Shown here: one piece after another, positions 21,375-30,604 of the stretch | Layout of the letters: each line of letters starts with the position of its first letter | Numbering within the stretch: the stretch's first letter is position 1 | Source of the DNA: an uncultured Acidobacteriota bacterium | GTDB taxonomy: Bacteria; Acidobacteriota; Thermoanaerobaculia; UBA5066 | Direction: 5' to 3' | Assembly (NCBI GenBank): GCA_963779415.1 | Contig: CAVZYA010000001.1 | Span: 224,001-288,000, forward strand | Length of the DNA stretch: 64,000 bases | Notes under the pieces: model-generated | Databases searched by the model: none | Told to the model about the DNA's origin: nothing | What the model saw: the letters and a program-made list of their open reading frames with translations, nothing else | Position numbers and translations under genes: made by a program

Positions 21375-22073
21375 ATGAGCAAGGTCGTTCGCCAGATCGG
21401 CTTCGACGAAGCGGCATTCGTGGCCCGCGAGAAGGAAGACGTCATCGTCGGAAGCGAGATCATCCGCCATCGCCTCTCCTCGAGGATCATCCACTGGTCC
21501 GTCGGCGTGACCTTCTTCCTGTCTCTCGTCACCGGTCTTCCCGTCTGGACGCCCGTGTTCGGATGGATGGCGACGCTCGTGGGCGGCCTCAGCGTCTGCC
21601 GCGTCATCCACCCCTTCATCGGAATCGTCTTCGCCGTCTCTTCGGCCGCGATGGCCCTCCAGTGGTGGGATGAGATGAAGATGACGAAGGAGGAGCGGGG
21701 CTGGGTGGGGCCGAAGCTCCTCGAGTACCTTCGCGACGCCGCCAACCACGACAGGATCGGCAAGTACAACGGAGGCCAGAAGGTCTACTTCTACACCTCC
21801 AAGCTGGGGGCTCTGGGCCTTCTCGTCACGGGGATCGTCCTCTGGTTCCCGAGGTCGTTTCCCCAGTGGCTTCGCGAAATGGCCATCGTCCTGCACGATT
21901 TCACCTTCATCCTCTTCGCCGTATCGCTCGTCTTCCACATCTATCTCGCCGCCGTGGCCGAGCCGGGGACGCTCAACGCCATGACGCGGGGGACGGTCTC
22001 GAAGGCGTGGGCGCGGATTCATCATCCGAAGTGGTACCGGGAGCTGATGGGGCTCGAGAAACCCGGGCCGTGA
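21375..22073 (+). CDS. fdnI: Formate dehydrogenase gamma (cytochrome b) subunit
   Basis: RIIHW, GKYNGGQK, HIY, WARIHHPKWY. Confidence 0.93.
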   Translation: MSKVVRQIGFDEAAFVAREKEDVIVGSEIIRHRLSSRIIHWSVGVTFFLSLVTGLPVWTPVFGWMATLVGGLSVCRVIHPFIGIVFAVSSAAMALQWWDEMKMTKEERGWVGPKLLEYLRDAANHDRIGKYNGGQKVYFYTSKLGALGLLVTGIVLWFPRSFPQWLREMAIVLHDFTFILFAVSLVFHIYLAAVAEPGTLNAMTRGTVSKAWARIHHPKWYRELMGLEKPGP

Positions 22074-22074
22074 G

Positions 22075-22866
22075 ATGACCGCGGCCGCCCCCTTCGAGAA
22101 GCGGGCCGACCGCGCGGAGCTGCTCTCCCGCGACAATGTGACGGCCACGGATCCTCTCCGGTTCGCGGCCGCGCTTTTCCGCGTGCAGGGGCGCTTCGCG
22201 TCGACCCTGGAGGCGCGACACGGCGAGGCGCCGCTCTCCGGCCGCCTCGAATCCGACGCCGACCGGTTCGCCGACCTTCCGGAGAAGATCCTTTCGTTCG
22301 CGGAGAGCGTCGGTCCGCCGGAGCTCTCGGAAGCGGCGGCGACGCGCCGCGCGGACGATCCGGAAACGGCCCGGTCGAGGCTTCTTCTCTACTGGGCGGG
22401 GGAGCGCGACACCGCCGGCGACTACCTCTCCCGTGCGCTGCTCCGTCCCTACGTGGAGACGCTCTCCCGGCTCCGTCTCGTTCCCGGTCGTTTCCACCGC
22501 GAGGGGCACTGCCCGTTCTGCGGGGGGCGCCCCATCGTCTCCTTCCGGCGGAGCGACCCGGAGTCGCACGGAGCCGCGCGCTTTCTCGTCTGCGGCCTCT
22601 GCGGCACCGAATGGCCGGTCCTCCGGATCCTCTGCCCGTCCTGCGGCGAAGCGGACCCGGCGAAGCTTCCGGCGTTCGGGAGCGATCAGCATGCGGGAGT
22701 CCGTATCGAGGCTTGCGAGACGTGCCGCCGCTACCTCAAGTCGGTGGACCTGACGATCGACGCGAGGCCGATCCCCGAGGTCGACGACCTCGTCTCGATC
22801 GCGATGGACCTCTGGGCGATGGGGGAGGGGTTCGAGCGGGTCGAGCCGGGCTGGGCGGGGATCTGA
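22075..22866 (+). CDS. fdhE: Formate dehydrogenase maturation protein
   Basis: CPFCG, CGLC..EW, CPSCG, CETCRRYLK. Confidence 0.92.
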   Translation: MTAAAPFEKRADRAELLSRDNVTATDPLRFAAALFRVQGRFASTLEARHGEAPLSGRLESDADRFADLPEKILSFAESVGPPELSEAAATRRADDPETARSRLLLYWAGERDTAGDYLSRALLRPYVETLSRLRLVPGRFHREGHCPFCGGRPIVSFRRSDPESHGAARFLVCGLCGTEWPVLRILCPSCGEADPAKLPAFGSDQHAGVRIEACETCRRYLKSVDLTIDARPIPEVDDLVSIAMDLWAMGEGFERVEPGWAGI

Positions 22867-22988
22867 CGCGGTAAGGGCGCGACAGCCATCGCCATCAGCC
22901 GGACCGGTCCCTCTCATCTGCATCAGGGGTTTTTCCCGGCGCCGGACCGACATTGGACGGAACGAACCGGAGAGGTGAGGCTCTGTCC

Positions 22989-23879
22989 ATGAGGAAATTT
23001 CTCTTCTGTCGGGCGGCGCTTCTTGGCGCGGGAGTCCTGACGGCCATGGCGGCCGGGTCCCAGGAGCCGGCACCCACGCCTGCCATGGAACCGGCGGCGA
23101 CCCCGGCGCCTGCCTTGCTGGTTGCCGTCCCCTGCGTCTCGTCCCCCGCGAGAGGCTTCTTCTCGCGTCCACAGGTGCCGATGCCGCCGGACCTTCAAGG
23201 CGACGTCGTCCTTCTCAAGACGGGGGCCATCAAGATCTCTGGCAAGCCGCCCTCGTTCATGCCCTGGGTCGTCAAGGAGCTGACGTTCAGCTCGGGTCCG
23301 GGCAGCTGGTTCCGGGCCGGATTGACCGGCTTCAACATGGCATTCGGGTTCGAGTCGCTGAGTGTCGAGAAGGGCTTCGCGTTCCGGCTCGTGAGGAAAG
23401 ACGCTCCCGACGCCCCAGCGATCTCCGTGCGGTGCCTCTGGGGGCTCGCCTCGACGGCTGGGAGCGTCTCGCGAGGGAGCTGGGGGATCGAGATGAAGGT
23501 CCCCCGGGGGAACGCGACGGTCTGCGAGCTGTTTGATTCGCCCGAATCGGAGCCTTGGAGGCTCTTCCTCTGGGTCGGCCCTCCGTCGAACCTCGTTCCA
23601 CCCGAGTTCCCTTCTGGCGGAGGGCTGGTGCGAGGGGAGACCCGGTACGAGGCGACGTCCACCAACGCCATCAAGCCGGCGATCCTGGGCCTCAAGCCGA
23701 CGATGATCACCGGCACGTTCTTCACGAGAGAAGGCCGGACGGTTGCGGCCATCGAGCGGCTGGTCCCGGCCCGGGTTCTGATGCCGTGTTCCGTGCCGGT
23801 CGCCAACCAGCCCCTTTTCGTCGCCATCGGGGCCGCGCTTTACATTCGTGACGGGGAGGCGTCGCGCTACGAGTACTGA
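22989..23879 (+). CDS. Hypothetical exported protein
   Basis: Long ORF with signal-peptide-like N-terminus and Pro/Ala linker; upstream GAGGTG RBS-like sequence. Confidence 0.65.
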   Translation: MRKFLFCRAALLGAGVLTAMAAGSQEPAPTPAMEPAATPAPALLVAVPCVSSPARGFFSRPQVPMPPDLQGDVVLLKTGAIKISGKPPSFMPWVVKELTFSSGPGSWFRAGLTGFNMAFGFESLSVEKGFAFRLVRKDAPDAPAISVRCLWGLASTAGSVSRGSWGIEMKVPRGNATVCELFDSPESEPWRLFLWVGPPSNLVPPEFPSGGGLVRGETRYEATSTNAIKPAILGLKPTMITGTFFTREGRTVAAIERLVPARVLMPCSVPVANQPLFVAIGAALYIRDGEASRYEY

Positions 23880-23894
23880 AGGGGCCGGGGTGCG

Positions 23895-23923
23895 TTGACC
23901 CTCCGGGGAGGGGGTGGTACAAC
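23895..23923 (+). promoter_or_regulatory. sigma70 promoter for tRNA-Pro
   Basis: TTGACC-17 nt-TACAAC with extended TG. Confidence 0.65.
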
Positions 23924-23966
23924 GACTCACCCCCGAGCGGTCCCGCCGCTCGATGCCGTCTCCGGT

Positions 23967-24043
23967 CGGGACGTGGCGCAGCCTGGTAGCGTACTTGAAT
24001 GGGGTTCAAGGGGTCGCGGGTTCGAATCCCGCCGTCCCGACCA
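23967..24043 (+). tRNA. tRNA-Pro (GGG)
   Basis: CGGGACG/CGTCCCG acceptor stem, CTTGA-AT GGG GT-TCAAG anticodon arm, GTTCGAATC, CCA; 77 nt. Confidence 0.96.
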
Positions 24044-24508
24044 TCACTTCTCTCGAACGATTCTGGCCTGCTTGGGTCACGCCCTGACTCGCGAGACCGG
24101 ATTCGAACCCGCGACGAGGCGCTGGAGCCTTGGCGGAGGCGCCGACTAAGAGAAACTAGCCGGTTCAGCGCGCCCCTAGCGCGAAGCGCGGCGGCGAGCG
24201 AAGCGAGCCGGGCGGGCGCGTTCGAATCCCGCCGTCCCGACCATCACTTCTCTCGAGCGATTCTGGCCCGCTCGAGTCACGCCCTGACTCGCGAGACCGG
24301 ATTCGAACCCGCGACGAGGCGCTGGAGCCTTGGCGGAGGCGCCGACTAAGAGATACCAGCCGGTTCAGCGCGCCCCCAGCGCGAAGCGCCTCGAGGGGGC
24401 GCGGGGGGCATCCCCCGCCTTCAGAATGGCCGCTAAGCCGGCGCACCGCTCAAGGGGGCTCGCCGGCGGCGAGCGTGCGCCGGCGTTCGAATCCCGCCGT
24501 CCCGACCA
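24020..24508 (+). repeat. tRNA-linked tandem repeats (200-bp period, then a 265-bp unit), each ending in the last 24 nt of tRNA-Pro
   Basis: GTTCGAATCCCGCCGTCCCGACCA at 24020, 24220 and 24485; about 160 bp after the first two copies is nearly identical. Confidence 0.92.
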
Positions 24509-24730
24509 ATGTTGACGGCCCTCTCACGAGGGTCCCGCCTCTCGGCCCCTTTCCTAGATTGCCGGAGGATTGCCAGCCGCGCGGCCATTTATGGGCCTTC
24601 GCGGGCCTCGGGGCGCCCGTCCAGCTCGCCTCTCAGCGTCGATAACAATCGGACGCGGCCTTGGTTTCGCCGCTATCGGGTTCCGACGAGCGCCCCCCCC
24701 GCAGCGGTAACCTTCGGCAGGGAGGACGCA

Positions 24731-24949
24731 ATGGGCGAGACCGAGTGGACGGCTTTCGTGGGAGTTTCAAGATCCGGGGCAGGCAGTATCGGCAGGCTAA
24801 GGCTCTACTGCTCGAAAGGCTGCGCGAGCGCGGCAGGATACGGAGACAGCCAGGCTGTTACGCGGACCGCCGCGAAGACTTCAGGGGGCGTCGAGTTCTC
24901 CGAGACCTGCGCGCGATGCGGGAAGCCTTTCGAGAAGAAGGCGGGGTAG
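24731..24949 (+). CDS. Small hypothetical protein with CxxxC and CxxC
   Basis: GGAGG RBS, 72 aa, YCSKGC...CARCGKPF. Confidence 0.55.
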   Translation: MGETEWTAFVGVSRSGAGSIGRLRLYCSKGCASAAGYGDSQAVTRTAAKTSGGVEFSETCARCGKPFEKKAG

Positions 24950-24991
24950 AGCCGTTTCGTCCGCTCGATAGTAAAGGACCCTGAGTTGGCG

Positions 24992-25504
24992 ATGGACCCC
25001 GACTACGAGACTCGACGAGACCGTCTTACAAAGGCAGGCCAACTGACTGAGCTTTACCTGTCGTGCTCTTGGAATCGAGAGGACGCCGAGAGGTTCGCGG
25101 GGGCCTTTACGCCTTTTCGGCTACTCCCGGCTCTCTACGCTAACGGCGCGCTCGACGAGAGAATTCGAGTGTGGGCCGACAAACGCCTAGAGACGATCGT
25201 TCACTCGCCGACGCCGAATCAGCGGTGGCACTGGACGGCGCGTTTCGGTGCCGCTCATGGCGAGCTACTGCCTCCCTTTCGCCGCGCACTCTGGAGCGCT
25301 ACGACTTGGCTTCTCGGTCTCGACCTTCGGGTCTGTCTGGGTCTAACGATCATTCTTCTCGTCGTTAGACACTTCTCGCGCGTGATGTCGCTGCCAGTCT
25401 GTTTCCTGCCTGTCCTGACCCCATTCCTATTCATGCTGCTTCGTCTCTTGCGGTACTTCTTTGCGGCCCTGTCGCTCTTCGTGATCCCACCTCGAAAAGA
25501 CTGA
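24992..25504 (+). CDS. Hypothetical membrane protein (lower GC)
   Basis: ORF with hydrophobic C-terminal segments; atypical composition. Confidence 0.5.
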   Translation: MDPDYETRRDRLTKAGQLTELYLSCSWNREDAERFAGAFTPFRLLPALYANGALDERIRVWADKRLETIVHSPTPNQRWHWTARFGAAHGELLPPFRRALWSATTWLLGLDLRVCLGLTIILLVVRHFSRVMSLPVCFLPVLTPFLFMLLRLLRYFFAALSLFVIPPRKD

Positions 25505-25548
25505 CCCGTCTGTCTCCACCCGTCCCCGAGTCCGAGACTCGGGCGCAT

Positions 25549-25576
25549 GTATAATAGGGGTCAGACCCCGATTATG
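25549..25576. repeat. REP-like palindrome ATAAT-A-GGGGTCAGACCCC-G-ATTAT, copy 1
   Basis: Palindromic; 24/28 identical to the copy at 27109. Confidence 0.7.
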
Positions 25577-26494
25577 TCAGCTCCTCTTCGCGTCCGGCTT
25601 CAGGAAGGTTCCGTCCTCGAGCTGCCGGAACGCCGCGCGCAGCTCCTCCTGCGTGTTCATCACCACGGGGCCGTACCAGGCGACGGGCTCCTGGAGCGGC
25701 TGGCCCGAGACGAGCAGGAACCGGATGCCGTCGTCGCCGGCCTGAACGGCGACCTCGTCGCCGCGGTCGAAGAGGACAAGCGTCCGGTTGTCCGCGAACG
25801 ACGGAGGGTGCGCGTCCGCCCACCCGGCGGGCTCGGTCGGGACGGCGAGGGGGCCGGAGGCGTTGCAGAACCGGCCCTGGCCCGCGAAGACGTATGCGAA
25901 GGCCTGGCTGGTCGTCTCGACGGGCAGGATCTTCCGCTTACCCGCCGGGACGGTCACGTCGAGGTAGACGGGCTTGGCGAAGACGTCTTCGACGGGCCCG
26001 CGGGTCCCGCGGTAGCTCCCGCACACGACGCGCACCTCGGTGCCGTCGTCGTCCACGGCGAGGGGCACGTCCTTCGCCTTGACGTCCTGGTAACGCGGCT
26101 CGGTCATCTTGAGTGAGGAGGGGAGGTTTGCCCAGAGCTGGAAGCCGTGCATCCGCCCGTCGGAGTCTCCCTTCGGCATCTCCTGGTGAATGATCCCGCG
26201 GCCGGCCGTCATCCACTGGACGTCGCCCGCGCCGATCGTGCCGTGGTTCCCCATGCTGTCGCCGTGCGCCACGGTGCCCGCGAGGACGTACGTGATCGTC
26301 TCGATTCCCCGGTGGGGGTGCCACGGGAAGCCGGGAAGGTAGTCCTCCGGACGCTCGTTCCGAAAGTCGTCCAGGAGGAGGAAGGGGTCGGTGTCCGACG
26401 TCGAGCCGAAGCCGAACGCCCGCCGGAGGTGAACGCCGGCGCCCTCCAGGGTCGGTTTCGACTTCGCGAGACGCTTCACGTTCCGGATCGCCAT
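25577..26494 (-). CDS. Pirin family protein
   Basis: DPFLLLDDF, GFPWHPHRGIETITY, QWMTAGRGIIHQE, QLWANLP, GPVVMN. Confidence 0.95.
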   Translation of the reverse strand: MAIRNVKRLAKSKPTLEGAGVHLRRAFGFGSTSDTDPFLLLDDFRNERPEDYLPGFPWHPHRGIETITYVLAGTVAHGDSMGNHGTIGAGDVQWMTAGRGIIHQEMPKGDSDGRMHGFQLWANLPSSLKMTEPRYQDVKAKDVPLAVDDDGTEVRVVCGSYRGTRGPVEDVFAKPVYLDVTVPAGKRKILPVETTSQAFAYVFAGQGRFCNASGPLAVPTEPAGWADAHPPSFADNRTLVLFDRGDEVAVQAGDDGIRFLLVSGQPLQEPVAWYGPVVMNTQEELRAAFRQLEDGTFLKPDAKRS

Positions 26495-26618
26495 GGTTCC
26501 TCCCTTGCGCACCCCGCGCGCTGTACGAAATACGATACGCGCCGAAGGGCGGATCGCGGCTGAGGCGTGCCGGGTGAATGAGCACGCCCACGGCGCCACG
26601 CGCTCCTCTGTCGCGCGT

Positions 26619-26748
26619 CTATTCCCCGAGAAGCGTCCGTATCGATTCGACCAGAGGGTCCAGTTCGTCCGTAACGGCCGACCAGACCTGCACCTTAACC
26701 GGCGCTCTCGAGAACGTGCCGGAGCGCCGTCTCGCTCTCAGGCCGCAT
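26619..26748 (-). pseudogene. Internally deleted HEPN/DUF86 (HepT-like) toxin remnant
   Basis: MRPESETALRHVLESA* overlaps the MNT stop, followed by VQVWSAVTDELDPLVESIRTLLGE*; these resemble DUF86 N- and C-termini. Confidence 0.65.
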
Positions 26749-27052
26749 AGAGGTCGACGGCAGTTGCCTCGGCACGCTGCCGGAAGACGGGGTCCTTCAC
26801 GGCCCTCAAGGTCACGAGGTCCACGTGTCGCCCGAAGAGATCCTCGAGTTCCAGCTTCAGGTCGATGAACTGGTGAAAGGCGTTCATCCCGACCGGGGAC
26901 TCGAACTCGACGAGGAAGTCGAAGTCGCTCGATTCCGGGTCGAACGAGCCCTTCGCCGCGGAGCCGAAAAGGCGGAGCCTCTTCACCGCGTACTTGCGGC
27001 ACAGGGATACGACCCGGTCCCGGCGTTCCTCGACGATATCGAGGGCGTTCAT
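26738..27052 (-). CDS. Minimal nucleotidyltransferase (MntA-type antitoxin)
   Basis: LFGSAAKG.F...SDFDFLV, LFGRHVDLV. Confidence 0.9.
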   Translation of the reverse strand: MNALDIVEERRDRVVSLCRKYAVKRLRLFGSAAKGSFDPESSDFDFLVEFESPVGMNAFHQFIDLKLELEDLFGRHVDLVTLRAVKDPVFRQRAEATAVDLYAA

Positions 27053-27108
27053 ACCGTGGATTTTCCCCCAGAACGCCGCATTCCCACAGCGGAAAGCCGT
27101 ATACCTGC

Positions 27109-27136
27109 GTATATTTAGGGTCTGACCCCGATTATG
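27109..27136. repeat. REP-like palindrome GGGTCTGACCC, copy 2
   Basis: gtatatttagggtctgaccccgattatg. Confidence 0.7.
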
Positions 27137-27169
27137 AGACCATCTGAAACGTAGAGGCCGAGGTCTCCG

Positions 27170-29875
27170 TTACCGATCGGCGACGAGGCGCTGAAGCTCA
27201 CGGCCCCAGCCGAGGACCAGAACGGTTCGACGGTTGTCGCCCTGCTCGCCGACGAGCCGACGTACCAGAAGGCGCCCGTCCCTGGCCACGACGGCACCCT
27301 CGCTGAGGATATCGACGTTCTCGACCGCGGAGACCGAAAGGCGGCCGAGCTCGAACACCTCGCCTTTCGGCTCCACCTCCCGCCTGCAGAGCCCCTTGCG
27401 CGACCAGTAATAGACCGCCCGTCCGTCTGGCGACCAGAGCGGTTTCACGCCGCCCCCCTCGGAGATCTGCCAGCGGCCCCCCGGACCGGAAAACGCGCGC
27501 ACGTAGATCTCGTCGGCCCCCGAATCGTCCGACTGATACAGCACCCATCGCCCGTCAGGCGAGAACACCGCCGCGCTCTCGTTCGCCGGCGTCTGCAGGA
27601 ACGGCTCGGGGGCGCGGCTCGAATCGTGGGGCCACGCCACGAAGATGTCCGCGTGCGTCTGGGGTGACAGCTCCGTGATCAGCAGCGCGCCGCTTTTCGA
27701 CCAGGAGGTCGGGAAACGCATGTTGGGGCTGGAGGCGAACGGGACCGGATCGCCGACGCCGTCCGCCCGCACCTTCGCGAGCCTGTACCCCGAGCCCTCG
27801 CCGATGAAGCAGTAGGCGATAGACGAACCGTCGGGGCTCCAGACCGGGTTCCTTTCCCTGCCTCCGAACGTCAGCCGGCGGCGACTGCCGGTCGCAAGGT
27901 CGAAGATCCAGAGATCGGACCGCCCGCCCTGGCGCAGCTGAAGGGCCAAGGAGCGGCCGTCCGGCGCGAGCGCCGGCGTGTCGTAGGGTCCGGGCGCGCC
28001 GCCGACCTTCTCGAAGGCGCCGCTCCTGGGGTCGTACCACGAGAGCTGGACCGTTTCCGCGGAGCCGCCCCGAGCGGAGTAGACGAGCGTCCCGTCGTCG
28101 GCGACGTCGAACTGCGCGCCGCCGTTCAGAGTCGCGTACGCGACGTCGTCGAGGACACGCACCGGCGGACTCGTCAGCCGTCCCGCCCGCGCGTCCAACG
28201 ACGCCGCCCAGATCACGTTGTCGCGCGCGAAGAGGAGCTTCCCGCGCGCGGCGCGCGGATAGCTTCCGCCCCGATACACGGCGGTGCGCTTGCGGGTAAC
28301 GAGATCCAGCATCTCGATCGTTCCCTCGTCGTATCGCTGCCCTACGTTCTGCGCGAGGAAGAGGACGCGATGGGTCCCTCGAACGAAGAACGGCCAGCGG
28401 TGCGAGCGCTCGCCCTGCTTCTCGTCGGGAGCGGTCAACCTTTCGGGAGTGCCCCCCGCCGCAGGAACGCGCCAGAGGCCCCCCGACACGTCGCGGTTGT
28501 AGATGACGAAGCCGTCGTCGCTGAAGGTCACTCCGCGCGGCTCGCCGACTTCGGCCAGTCGCTGGGGCGCGCCGCCGCTGACGGGGACCCGGAGGAGAGA
28601 TGTCGGACCGAAGAACGCGAGTTCGCGCCCGTCGGGCGAGAAGGCGAGATCGTGGGCGCCCTCGGTTCCCTCGAGCCGCCGAACCACGCCGGAATCGAGA
28701 TCACGCACCAGGATCCGGCTCTCGGTTTGCCGACCGCCGACCCAGGCGATCCGTCGGCCGTCAGGCGAGAGGACGACGGCCGCGCCGACGCTCATGACGA
28801 GCCGGTCCTCCCCGAGGTCGAGCGGGAGGATCGTGGGGGCCATGACGTCGCCCCTCTGGCCGGCCGTGAACCGGGAGACGACCCAGCCGGCGCCCGCGAG
28901 GACGAGCAGAGCCCATGGCAACGCCTGTCGCCATCCCGGCGCGCGCCGGGGAGCGGCTCCCGCCGGAGCGGCCACGGCATCGACGCTTTGGCCCGAGAGC
29001 ACCTCGTCGATCACGATTCGCGCGTCGGCGATGTCGTGAAGGCGGTTCCTGGGATTCCGTTCGAGGCAGCGACGGAGGAGCTGCCGGATCGCGGGCGGCG
29101 TCGGCCCCGGCAGGGCGTCGAGATCGGGTGGGCGCGTCAGCACCAGCGCCAGGGTCTCGGGCACCGTCGGCGCCTCGAAGAGCCGCTTCCCCGAGAGCAT
29201 TTCGAAAAGCACGGCGCCGAACGCCCAGACGTCCGCTCGCCTGTCGACGGACATTCCCTTGGCCTGTTCGGGCGACATGTAGGCGGCGGTCCCGAGGATC
29301 ACGCCCTGCATCGTCGCGCCGAGCGTCAGCGTCGGGGAGGCCGCGAGCTGCGAGGCGGACGGCTCGCCCGAAGCCGCTCCGACCGGGTCCATTGCCTTCG
29401 CCAGGCCGAAGTCCAGGACCTTGACCTTGCCGTCCGCGGTGACCTTCACGTTCTGGGGCTTGAGGTCGCGGTGAATGATCGCCTTCTCGTGCGCTTCCTC
29501 GAGTGCCTCGGCGATCTGACGAGCGAGAGAGAGCGCCTCTTCGAGTGGAAGAGGGCCGGAGGAAATCCTCCTGGTGAGGTCTTCCCCCTCGACCAGCTCC
29601 ATGACGAGGATATGGCGAGCGGGAGGGCCGGAGATTTCCTCGAAGGAATGGATGGCGGCGATCCCCGGATGGTTCAGGCTCGCCAGCGTGCGCGCCTCGC
29701 GCTCAAACCGCAGCCGCCTCTCGTCGTCTTCGAAGAATTTCTCCGGCAGCACCTTGATCGCGACCTGTCGCTCGAGCTTCGTATCCGTGGCGCGGTAGAC
29801 CTCGCCCATGCCGCCTTCGCCGAGCTTGGCGGTGATGCTGTAGTGGGCGAGGCGGGCGCCGGGTGCGAGGGCCAT
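27170..29875 (-). CDS. Hanks-type Ser/Thr kinase with TM and TolB/PD40 beta-propeller
   Basis: LGEGGMGEVY, HRDLKPQN, DFGLAK, YMSPEQ; repeated SPDGR motifs. Confidence 0.93.
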   Translation of the reverse strand: MALAPGARLAHYSITAKLGEGGMGEVYRATDTKLERQVAIKVLPEKFFEDDERRLRFEREARTLASLNHPGIAAIHSFEEISGPPARHILVMELVEGEDLTRRISSGPLPLEEALSLARQIAEALEEAHEKAIIHRDLKPQNVKVTADGKVKVLDFGLAKAMDPVGAASGEPSASQLAASPTLTLGATMQGVILGTAAYMSPEQAKGMSVDRRADVWAFGAVLFEMLSGKRLFEAPTVPETLALVLTRPPDLDALPGPTPPAIRQLLRRCLERNPRNRLHDIADARIVIDEVLSGQSVDAVAAPAGAAPRRAPGWRQALPWALLVLAGAGWVVSRFTAGQRGDVMAPTILPLDLGEDRLVMSVGAAVVLSPDGRRIAWVGGRQTESRILVRDLDSGVVRRLEGTEGAHDLAFSPDGRELAFFGPTSLLRVPVSGGAPQRLAEVGEPRGVTFSDDGFVIYNRDVSGGLWRVPAAGGTPERLTAPDEKQGERSHRWPFFVRGTHRVLFLAQNVGQRYDEGTIEMLDLVTRKRTAVYRGGSYPRAARGKLLFARDNVIWAASLDARAGRLTSPPVRVLDDVAYATLNGGAQFDVADDGTLVYSARGGSAETVQLSWYDPRSGAFEKVGGAPGPYDTPALAPDGRSLALQLRQGGRSDLWIFDLATGSRRRLTFGGRERNPVWSPDGSSIAYCFIGEGSGYRLAKVRADGVGDPVPFASSPNMRFPTSWSKSGALLITELSPQTHADIFVAWPHDSSRAPEPFLQTPANESAAVFSPDGRWVLYQSDDSGADEIYVRAFSGPGGRWQISEGGGVKPLWSPDGRAVYYWSRKGLCRREVEPKGEVFELGRLSVSAVENVDILSEGAVVARDGRLLVRRLVGEQGDNRRTVLVLGWGRELQRLVADR

Positions 29876-30018
29876 CTTCGGTCGGCTCGATCCCGAGTTT
29901 AGCCGCTGGCCGAGGGAGAGAAGGTCCGGCGCCTGCCAATTCCGAGACTGCATCTCAAGAAAGGTTGACCCCCGGAGCCGTCTCCGCATAGGCTGGGCCC
30001 CGCGAAAGGGGACCTGAA

Positions 30019-30507
30019 ATGGCTACCAAGAAGACTTTGAAAAAGGGTTCGGCCAAAAAGCCGGCGAAGAAGGCCGCGGCGCGCCCGAAGAAAGCCCGGG
30101 CGACGTCCGGGGCGATGAACCTGTGCGAGGTGTCGCCGAGCTTCACCGTGAACGACCTCGGGAAGAGCCTCGCCTGGTACCGGGACGTCCTCGGGTTCGA
30201 GGTGGAGGAGCGGTACGAGCGCGAGGGGACGCTGGTCGGGGTCGGCCTCCGGGCCGGCGACGTCTTCCTGATGCTGGGCCAGGACGACTGGAAGAAGGGG
30301 CGCGACCGGAAGAAGGGAGAGGGCTTCCGGATCTACTGCATGACGACGCACGACGTCGACGCGATGGCGAAAAGGATCCGGGCGGCCGGAGGGACGCTCG
30401 ACCAGGAACCGCGCGACCAGCACTGGGGGATGCGCGACTTCTCGCTGACGGATCCCGACGGATTCAAGATCACGATCGCGGTGGAACTGAAGAAGCGTCG
30501 GGGCTGA
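30019..30507 (+). CDS. VOC/glyoxalase family protein with Lys/Ala-rich N-terminal tail
   Basis: SLAWYRDVLGF, WGMRDFSLTDPDG. Confidence 0.88.
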   Translation: MATKKTLKKGSAKKPAKKAAARPKKARATSGAMNLCEVSPSFTVNDLGKSLAWYRDVLGFEVEERYEREGTLVGVGLRAGDVFLMLGQDDWKKGRDRKKGEGFRIYCMTTHDVDAMAKRIRAAGGTLDQEPRDQHWGMRDFSLTDPDGFKITIAVELKKRRG

Positions 30508-30604
30508 AGCGGATCTCGGGCCCGCCGTCGGGGAGTAGTCTTCCAACGGGCCGACGCGGCGTCGTCCGTATCTGCGGAGAGTGCGCGGCCCGCAGGAGGA
30601 CGAG

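Noticed and set aside
22867-22988. tRNA-Sec (selC) expected after fdhE
   Set aside because: No cloverleaf, UCA anticodon arm or T-loop visible on either strand
24020-24508. Possible CRISPR array
   Set aside because: The repeats are tRNA 3' ends, the spacers are 176-241 bp and similar to each other, and no cas genes are present
27170-29875. Kinase-propeller fusion as a novel defence or signalling system
   Set aside because: This architecture is common and highly expanded in Acidobacteriota; no unusual partner genes are adjacent
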